Below, one piece after another: positions 57,451 through 64,000 of a stretch of 64,000 bases of DNA (the stretch's first letter is position 1; each line of letters starts with the position of its first letter). The position numbers were made by a program, and so were the translations under genes. The notes below the pieces were generated by a model, which worked only from the letters and a program-made list of their open reading frames with translations, had not been told where the DNA came from and did not search any database. Origin of the DNA: Candidatus Amesbacteria bacterium (GTDB taxonomy: Bacteria; Patescibacteriota; Microgenomatia; CAZETR01; Amesbacteraceae); assembly GCA_027371535.1 (NCBI GenBank), contig DAHXMV010000001.1, positions 32,879 to 96,878 on the forward strand, given 5' to 3'.

Positions 57451-58653
57451 CTAAGGTTTTGCCTTTTCCAACAAACCAGCTGCAAACCAGATAACAGGCA
57501 GATTAATAAAAATAGTCATACGACGGACGGCATCCGGAATCCCCTGATAATACCCGGGTATCTGGCGGGAAAAAATGTAAGTTCCAATTAATAACACCAG
57601 GCTGCAGCCGGTATAAAATAACGGCCAGTACCAGTCGGCACGCCGGTTAAACAAGCCGTAAATAAATAAACCGGCAAAAATAACGGTGTATGGTAAATAA
57701 TATTGATAGACTGCCCATTTCAGGTAACCGGCTACCGGGCGGATTGCGGGAATAAAGCAAATTACAAAAAACATGATAAAGGCTAAGACGGCCAGGATCT
57801 TAGCGTTTTTACGGATGAGCGGTAATGCCAGCAACATGAGGGTCAGACTGACCAGGGCAAAAGGAAAAAGCCTGACCCAGAAAGTGGCCAGGGAGAAAAT
57901 CAAACCCATTAATAAATCGGGAAAATATTTTGTCCGCGTCCAAAAAAATATATATACCGCCCCGAGAATTAAAAATACCGCATAGGGCAGGTTGGTATAA
58001 GCAATAAAGGAATTTTCAAATACCTTCGGCGCCAAAATACAGGCCAGGGAAACCAAGGCGGAAATCCCGGGCCGGTTAAATCTGCGGAACAGGAAATAGA
58101 TACCGGCAGCCAGGGAGAAAGTGAACAAGGGATATACCGGCATAGCCGTCCAAAGTCCGTTTGCATAAACCCAGTAATGGAGCAACGAGGTATACATGGG
58201 ATAACCCGGCATATTTACCCAAGCCAGAGCCGTTTTGATATCACCGGTATGCAGCATGATCCGGGCGCGGAAATCATATAAAGTCACTGCGTCCCAGTCC
58301 GTGACCGGATAAAAACAACTGGTAATTTCCCCGATTAATATGAATGAAAGGATAAGCACCAGAAACCGGTGCCGCTTAAATGAAAAATCGGGCAGCCCGA
58401 ATTCCCAATGCCGGTTCAGGAAAAATAAAACCAGGGCGGAAACCGAATATATTCCCCAGATAACGGCCAAGTTCAGCGCCCCGCCCAAATAATAGTTATA
58501 GAAATAAATCAGGAGGGTCATGAGGAGGCTGCCGGAAAGCCAGGATAAGGCCAAGGCCACGGAGACAGGCCGCCGGCCCATTATGAGACGGTTTAAAAGA
58601 AAGCCGGGCAGAGCCAGGGAAATTAAGGCGATAAATCCGAACAGGTTTAACAT
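57451..58653 (-). CDS. polytopic membrane protein of unknown function (about 11 TM helices)
   Basis: Highly hydrophobic ORF tightly coupled to the upstream ORF with a 4-nt gap. No motif recognised. Confidence 0.55.
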   Translation of the reverse strand: MLNLFGFIALISLALPGFLLNRLIMGRRPVSVALALSWLSGSLLMTLLIYFYNYYLGGALNLAVIWGIYSVSALVLFFLNRHWEFGLPDFSFKRHRFLVLILSFILIGEITSCFYPVTDWDAVTLYDFRARIMLHTGDIKTALAWVNMPGYPMYTSLLHYWVYANGLWTAMPVYPLFTFSLAAGIYFLFRRFNRPGISALVSLACILAPKVFENSFIAYTNLPYAVFLILGAVYIFFWTRTKYFPDLLMGLIFSLATFWVRLFPFALVSLTLMLLALPLIRKNAKILAVLAFIMFFVICFIPAIRPVAGYLKWAVYQYYLPYTVIFAGLFIYGLFNRRADWYWPLFYTGCSLVLLIGTYIFSRQIPGYYQGIPDAVRRMTIFINLPVIWFAAGLLEKAKP

Positions 58654-58657
58654 ATTT

Positions 58658-59362
58658 TCAGGTTCGGGGGATGATTAAGCCCCAGGGATGCCGGGCCTGC
58701 CATTCGCCGGGGTTCCAATTCCGGCCCGGATACTCCACTCCCCTGCCGGAGACCCAGTCATAAATAATGATTTTTTTGGCCGGCAGGGAAAAATCCGGCC
58801 AGAGGCGATACCCGGCTCCGTCGGCTTCAGAAGAAATCATAATAAACGCCGAACCGGTCGCCATATGGGTAACCACAGCCGGATAAAGGAAACTGGCAGC
58901 CATATAGGTATCGCCGGTGTGGCGCCAGGGAAGTGACATCGGAGGAATGGCAACTTTTACCCCCGGCGGGTTTTTAATATAACTTTGGACAAAATCCAGG
59001 AATTTATAGTCACTGCCATAGGCGGTATCCATAGCTTTGGCAGTGATATAACCCGGACCACGGGCAGCTAAAGCGGTTCTGGCCAATACGTTACCCATGG
59101 CTGACAAGCCGGAAGGAATAGAAACCAGACAGAATAACAACAGCAGAATAACAACCGGGGTTTTGAGCCCGGCTGCCCGGGTGCGGAAAAATACGTAAAT
59201 CGCCGTAATAAGCCCGGGTATAACGGCAGTCCTGTAAGGGTCCAGGTGAAAACGGGCAAAAACATAATTGGGATAATTGAAAAATTCCAGATAAAAGGCG
59301 TAGATCCAAAATATGGAGGTAAAAACAGCCGGAAGTAAAAAGTACCAATTTCTCCTCACCAA
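58658..59362 (-). CDS. membrane protein of unknown function (N-terminal TM helices plus an extracytoplasmic domain)
   Basis: Three or four TM helices, then a soluble segment rich in Trp/Tyr/Pro. Its stop lies 4 nt before the start of ORF 57451-58653. Confidence 0.5.
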   Translation of the reverse strand: MVRRNWYFLLPAVFTSIFWIYAFYLEFFNYPNYVFARFHLDPYRTAVIPGLITAIYVFFRTRAAGLKTPVVILLLLFCLVSIPSGLSAMGNVLARTALAARGPGYITAKAMDTAYGSDYKFLDFVQSYIKNPPGVKVAIPPMSLPWRHTGDTYMAASFLYPAVVTHMATGSAFIMISSEADGAGYRLWPDFSLPAKKIIIYDWVSGRGVEYPGRNWNPGEWQARHPWGLIIPRT

Positions 59363-59396
59363 CCTATTTTAGCCTGAAAACTGGTAAAATTAACAT

Positions 59397-60170
59397 GTGA
59401 AGTTTTCCATTATCACACCTTCTTTTAATCAGGGGCCATTCTTAGGGGAAACTATTGACAGCGTGATAGGACAAACAGGTAGTTTTCGGATTGAATACTT
59501 TGTCATGGACGGGGGGTCGACAGACAATACGGTTGAGATACTAAAACAGACTGAAAAAGCCCTGAAAAATAATCCCCGGATCAAATTTTACTGGCAGAGC
59601 AGGAAAGACAAAGGCCAGGTTGATGCCATTAACCAGGGTCTAAAAAAAACTACCGGCGATATAGTGGCTTACATTAATTCTGATGATTATTATCTTCCAG
59701 GTGCTTTTTCCCAAATCAAAGAATACTTTGATTTGCATCCTGATAAATTGTGGGTGGCTGGTGACTGTAAAGTGACAGACAGAAGGCTTACCTGGACATT
59801 TTTCTTAAAACATATCTGGCCCGTGGATAAATTCGGTTGGGCTTTACCCGTATTTAACACAATTAATCAACCGGCAGTATTTCTACGCAGCTGCCTGACA
59901 GAGAAAACGGGTGTATTTAATATCACCTACACATATGCATTTGATTATGACTACTGGCTAAGGTGCTGCCGATCCGGTTTACCGGGGAGAATTAACACTG
60001 AACTGGCAGTTTTCCGGATTCATCCGGAATCCAAGGGCAATACCGGTTACATTAAGCAGTTTGGCGAAGATACGGAAGTTGTAAATAAATATACCCAAAA
60101 CCGACTGATAAAGATTGTGCATAAATTTGGCAGATTACTGGTTAACCTCAGTTATAGATACCTGAAGTGA
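59397..60170 (+). CDS. glycosyltransferase family 2
   Basis: FSIITPSFNQGPFL, MDGGSTDNT, and NSDD (DxD). Confidence 0.85.
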   Translation: MKFSIITPSFNQGPFLGETIDSVIGQTGSFRIEYFVMDGGSTDNTVEILKQTEKALKNNPRIKFYWQSRKDKGQVDAINQGLKKTTGDIVAYINSDDYYLPGAFSQIKEYFDLHPDKLWVAGDCKVTDRRLTWTFFLKHIWPVDKFGWALPVFNTINQPAVFLRSCLTEKTGVFNITYTYAFDYDYWLRCCRSGLPGRINTELAVFRIHPESKGNTGYIKQFGEDTEVVNKYTQNRLIKIVHKFGRLLVNLSYRYLK

Positions 60171-61318
60171 ATCAAAAAACAATCATATTTCTCCATCCCC
60201 ATTTTATGAAGCCCGGGGGGGCTTCGAGAGTTGTATTGGAACAAGCATCCGGATTGACTCGGAGGGGGTTGGATTGTGTAATTATTACTACAAAAGCAAG
60301 TCAGGAAGTTATTAAAGGTTATCCTCTGGTTAAAATTAAACAATTATCTAAATTTATTACCGGAGATATTACTTTTTGGCTCCTGTTTGTCGGATTTTAT
60401 AGAAAAATGAAAAAGGAACTGGGATTAATGGAAAACAAGATACTTTACTGCCATTCACTGGCAATATATTGGGGCTGGATTTACAAAGTTTTTAACCCCG
60501 GAGTGGCCTCAGTTTATTACATCCACGATTTAGGTTTACCATTTACCGATTCAGACGCAGAGTTATCAAGTCTGAGGTTAATCCCAAGAAAAATTGCAGA
60601 AATACTCCGGCCGGTTTTCAGGCTGATTAATAGCTCTGTAATTAAATCGGCCGACTATATTGTGGCGAACAGCCAAGCATCAGCAAATTATTTATTTAGC
60701 CACTACCGACGAAAAGCCGATGTTTTGGTTACCCCCGGGGTGAATACAAATACATTCACTACCGGTAAAAGTAAGCGTGACCAAATAATTTCCGTCGGAA
60801 GATTGGACAAGATTAAAAATACCGATGTGGCTATTAAAGCCTTTGCAATATTTACCCTGCGTAATCCCGAAAATAAAACCCAGCTGATTCTGGCGGGAGA
60901 AGGCAAAGAAAAGGAGTCTTTAATCGGGCTGGCAAAAAACTTATCTATACGGGACAGAGTGACTTTCGCAGGCCAAATAAGCCTGAAAGATATACCCCGG
61001 TATTATTCCCAAAGCAAACTGTGTCTGGCAATGTGTCCGGTTGAAGCATTTGGATTATCGGCAGCCGAGTCCATCTGCAGCGGTACCCCAGTCATCGGCA
61101 TAAATCAAAACGGAATTAAAGAGATAGTTAAAAATAATATTGACGGTGTATTAGCAGATAACACTGTGGAAAACGTAGCCGAGGCGATCGAAAAATGTTT
61201 ATCAAAAACCAATTTCCTCAATAAATTAACGCGTAATATATCCCAAAAAATCCGTATGGAATTGGATACAGAAATACAATTAAAGAAGCTGTATAGCTTC
61301 TTTCTCGCGATTAAATAA
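60167..61318 (+). CDS. glycosyltransferase family 4
   Basis: GT-B: EAFGLSAAESICSGTPVIGIN. Confidence 0.85.
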   Translation: MNQKTIIFLHPHFMKPGGASRVVLEQASGLTRRGLDCVIITTKASQEVIKGYPLVKIKQLSKFITGDITFWLLFVGFYRKMKKELGLMENKILYCHSLAIYWGWIYKVFNPGVASVYYIHDLGLPFTDSDAELSSLRLIPRKIAEILRPVFRLINSSVIKSADYIVANSQASANYLFSHYRRKADVLVTPGVNTNTFTTGKSKRDQIISVGRLDKIKNTDVAIKAFAIFTLRNPENKTQLILAGEGKEKESLIGLAKNLSIRDRVTFAGQISLKDIPRYYSQSKLCLAMCPVEAFGLSAAESICSGTPVIGINQNGIKEIVKNNIDGVLADNTVENVAEAIEKCLSKTNFLNKLTRNISQKIRMELDTEIQLKKLYSFFLAIK

Positions 61319-61335
61319 ATATTTATCAGAATATT

Positions 61336-63519
61336 ATGGACATGCTGATTTCATTATCCATTTTATCCGGACTCCTGCTTTTCGCTTTCCCACTGTTCCT
61401 TTTGATAAATAAATATTCCGGAATGGACTATTTACATTGCTTGTCTACCGCTTTACTTTGTTCACCCCTGGTACTTTCCCTGATACTATACAGCCTTTAT
61501 TATGTATTTCCGGGATTTCCCCCTCATTTTTATTTAACAGTATTGTTTTTAACCGCGTTTATACTACCGGTATTTTTGATATATAAAGCTGAATTTACAC
61601 TGCCTGCATTTAAGCCTTCTCTTTTATTAAATAAATTTGAATCCCTGTCATTATTATCAAAGACCGTTTTGTTATTTACCTTTTTGATTTTTATCCTATG
61701 CGGGTTAAGGATATTATTCTGGCCGATAAACTGGGATGACCAAATCTACTATATAGAGCAATCCTACGCTTTTGGCAGCCAGAGATCTGTAAGCGAGTTC
61801 TTTAACTGGGGTTTTTTTGATAACGGGGTGCTTAAATACCAATACAACCCGGCAATCAGACCGGCCATTCCCATATTGTATTCCATAGCGTCCTTATTTT
61901 CCCGAAATTTATCGGCCAACATCTTATTGTCCAAGGTCATAACCGGTTATTTTACCTTGGTGTTCATTATGGTGATATGGGTTATGGCTAAACGGATACA
62001 AAAGGATGCAAATCCGGATACTTTGCTAGTTGGCCTTTTTCTGATATTCACCACTTATCTATTCGTCAATTTAACCGTACTGGGGTTTAAGGAGCTGCCA
62101 TTGTTATGCCTGGCTTTACTGATAATAGACAAAATTACTTCCAGTGATAAAGGCAGCCGTTATAGTTACGGAATATATATCGGAATTCTGCTCGGATTGA
62201 TGTCATTTATTAATTTAAGCGGGACCGTTTTGGCTTCGATTTTAATTTTAATGACATTTTTTTCCCGAAAATTAAATAAAAAACTCCTGATTTCACAATA
62301 TCCGTTAATGTTAATTTCCATTTTAATCAGCAGCGGAATGGAATTTAGTTACTTTTTCGCCTGGGTACTATCAGGCGGTTCAAAAGAAACCAATGTAATA
62401 TCATTATTAATCGGAAAATTTTCCACTGCAACCAATTTAGCTTCATTTGAACAAACATTTTTAAGCGTATCCAGCCCAACCCAGGCAAATATGCAGGAGT
62501 ATGCCAGTTACAATATCAATTCAGCAATCGACGCCTACACAAAAGGGAAATTACAGGGATTCTTTCAGTTGGAGTACTACGGAATTATATTTTTAGTGTT
62601 TTTAATAGTTCTGGTCTTCAGATATAAATATCTTATAACAAACACCATAACAAAATATCTACTTATTTTTCTGGGATTGTATTATCTGATTATTTTAGAT
62701 ATTTTTGGGATTAACAGAAATAAATTCGCTTATGTCATGACTGTCAGCCATAAGTATACGGTTTTAATCGTGCCGATTATCGCCCTGATAATTGTCAGCC
62801 AGTGGGCATGGCTGAAGAATAAATTTGCCGGTATTAATCTTAAAATATTTTCAATCCTGAATTTACTGACCTTGCTGTTAATTATTCTCCTGAAGTTCTC
62901 AAACTATACACCGGTAATGTTATTTGTTAACCATCTAATTCCCGTTCATAATTCACCCCTATATTATTACCAGCTCGTAGAAAAGACTTTTTCTTCTCTT
63001 GCCTTCAGTTGTGGTATCCTCGTTCTACTTATTGGTATTAGTGTTGTAGTCTTTAAAGAAAAAGTCAGTAATTATTGGAAAACCAATAATTTATCGGGGA
63101 TTTTTATAATCCTAATTGCGTTTATGTTTCCATTTCTGATTTTATTTAATTCAAATTTCGGCATCAAAGTGACTTTATTAAATTCATTCTCGGACAACGA
63201 ATATAAATTGGCTCATATTATAGGCTGGGAAGATAGGTATACAATGATAAATTTTATGAACAAACTGCCAAAGAAGTCGAAGATTTTGTTTTATAACCAA
63301 AATTATGAATTATACGAAATCCATCTTAATATCCCGTCTAAGAACATTTACGCGGTAAGTACTGACAAACAAAACGCCGATATATTAATTAAAATCGATA
63401 ATGCCATCAAAGAAGCTAATATTAAATATTTGCTCATTAATACCGGCCAAAACATATTTCCGAAAAAGACACCTATTTACGGGAATAAAACGCTCAGTCT
63501 TTTTTCCATCGGCGAATAA
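61336..63519 (+). CDS. large AT-rich polytopic membrane protein (727 aa); candidate glycan polymerase or GT-C enzyme
   Basis: Twenty or more hydrophobic segments. Codon usage is markedly AT-rich relative to its neighbours. No conserved motif recognised. Confidence 0.6.
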   Translation: MDMLISLSILSGLLLFAFPLFLLINKYSGMDYLHCLSTALLCSPLVLSLILYSLYYVFPGFPPHFYLTVLFLTAFILPVFLIYKAEFTLPAFKPSLLLNKFESLSLLSKTVLLFTFLIFILCGLRILFWPINWDDQIYYIEQSYAFGSQRSVSEFFNWGFFDNGVLKYQYNPAIRPAIPILYSIASLFSRNLSANILLSKVITGYFTLVFIMVIWVMAKRIQKDANPDTLLVGLFLIFTTYLFVNLTVLGFKELPLLCLALLIIDKITSSDKGSRYSYGIYIGILLGLMSFINLSGTVLASILILMTFFSRKLNKKLLISQYPLMLISILISSGMEFSYFFAWVLSGGSKETNVISLLIGKFSTATNLASFEQTFLSVSSPTQANMQEYASYNINSAIDAYTKGKLQGFFQLEYYGIIFLVFLIVLVFRYKYLITNTITKYLLIFLGLYYLIILDIFGINRNKFAYVMTVSHKYTVLIVPIIALIIVSQWAWLKNKFAGINLKIFSILNLLTLLLIILLKFSNYTPVMLFVNHLIPVHNSPLYYYQLVEKTFSSLAFSCGILVLLIGISVVVFKEKVSNYWKTNNLSGIFIILIAFMFPFLILFNSNFGIKVTLLNSFSDNEYKLAHIIGWEDRYTMINFMNKLPKKSKILFYNQNYELYEIHLNIPSKNIYAVSTDKQNADILIKIDNAIKEANIKYLLINTGQNIFPKKTPIYGNKTLSLFSIGE

Positions 63520-64000
63520 AATACATGGCTAACTCTTTCCAGAGCACATAATTATTCCTTTGGGTAAAATCATCAGCTACCCGGTTCCGAAAAATATTTT
63601 TTGGGTGCACTAACGGAAAATCAATTTTTTTTACCTCCAAATTTGAGAATATACTCCTGAATTTAGTATGCGTGGCATCCGGCCTGCCAAAGCCGATGTT
63701 TTCGACCAAATTATCATTCGGAATTATCCCCAGCATTATATTTTTCCACATCATCCAGTTCCACTGGTAATCCCAGGCGGTACTATTCTTACCGGAACGG
63801 ATACCGTTAAATATCAGTTTCCAATAAAACCTTTCCGGCCAATTTTTGAATACCACACCCAAAACCCGGTCAGATTTTTCCTGATAATCGGTAATGTTTA
63901 TGTTGTAGAGTTTCCAGGCCCGTCTCCAGGTAGCCCAGCCGCAGGAATGGCTGTATCGGGAAAAATAGTAACTCCCCTCCCCCCGCTTCCGGCCAAACTG
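63494..64000 (-). CDS. hypothetical protein, 5'-partial (frame open to window end)
   Basis: The reading frame continues without a stop from 64000 down to the stop at 63494. It is Trp-rich (GWATWRRAW, WDYQWNWMMW). Convergent with the membrane protein and overlaps it by 26 nt. Confidence 0.45.
   Translation of the reverse strand, partial: QFGRKRGEGSYYFSRYSHSCGWATWRRAWKLYNINITDYQEKSDRVLGVVFKNWPERFYWKLIFNGIRSGKNSTAWDYQWNWMMWKNIMLGIIPNDNLVENIGFGRPDATHTKFRSIFSNLEVKKIDFPLVHPKNIFRNRVADDFTQRNNYVLWKELAMYFIRRWKKD

Noticed and set aside
1-64000. Search for CRISPR arrays, a diversity-generating retroelement (RT plus TR/VR), integrase, transposase or toxin-antitoxin pairs
   Set aside because: No regularly spaced repeats, no reverse-transcriptase (YxDD) ORF, and no recombinase-like ORF in any frame. 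tRNA-Val is island-adjacent but no integrase is present in the window.

Overview
The window reads as a compact bacterial chromosome segment of roughly mid GC content. About 90% of it is coding, on both strands, and many genes overlap by 1-30 nt. I could identify four main blocks.

- **(i) 1-8.3 kb:** a cupin fragment, an MFS efflux pump, tRNA-Thr(CGT), an Ig-like surface protein, and the start of a surface-glycan locus (Wzy-like ligase, GT2, a GT-C membrane glycosyltransferase, a Wzx flippase, GT2).
- **(ii) 8.3-11.9 kb:** a conspicuously AT-rich cassette (hexapeptide acetyltransferase, GT4, SAM methyltransferase). It ends inside a 894-aa secreted protein that fuses a Kelch beta-propeller to a lipase-like alpha/beta hydrolase. 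The hydrolase domain carries GHCMGG where GHSMGG is expected.
- **(iii) 13.5-32.5 kb:** housekeeping genes. A C39-like peptidase sits next to tRNA-Val(CAC). Then come lepB, parB, rpmA, rplU, a SEDS protein and ileS. A reduced division/cell-wall (dcw) cluster follows, read on the minus strand: mraZ-rsmH-ftsL-ftsI-dgkA-like-mraY-ftsW-murG-ftsQ-ftsA-ftsZ, with murC/D/E/F and ddl absent. Three direct AAAGTGG repeats, the expected MraZ operator, lie between a near-consensus promoter and the mraZ start. glyQS follows.
- **(iv) 32.7-64 kb:** a three-gene secreted/surface module, then recO, then a roughly 25-kb cell-envelope glycosylation locus. The module is two paralogous proteins of unknown function followed by a 1177-aa Cys-rich giant protein with PA14-like and FN3-like repeats. 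The glycosylation locus contains a DUF4012 protein, a polyprenyl-phosphate sugar transferase, manC, eight GT4 (counting the one in block ii), six GT2 (counting those in block i), several GT-C/Wzy-like polytopic membrane proteins and an acetyltransferase. It ends in an AT-rich 727-aa membrane protein.

I found no CRISPR array, rRNA, integrase/transposase or reverse transcriptase. The standard genetic code is used; TGA acts as a stop.

Short RecO, archaeal-type aaRS genes, heavy gene overlap and giant surface proteins suggest an uncultivated Patescibacteria/CPR-like organism. This is inference only.

The most interesting candidates are the surface-module operon at 32.7-38.5 kb and the Kelch-hydrolase fusion with its compositional junction.
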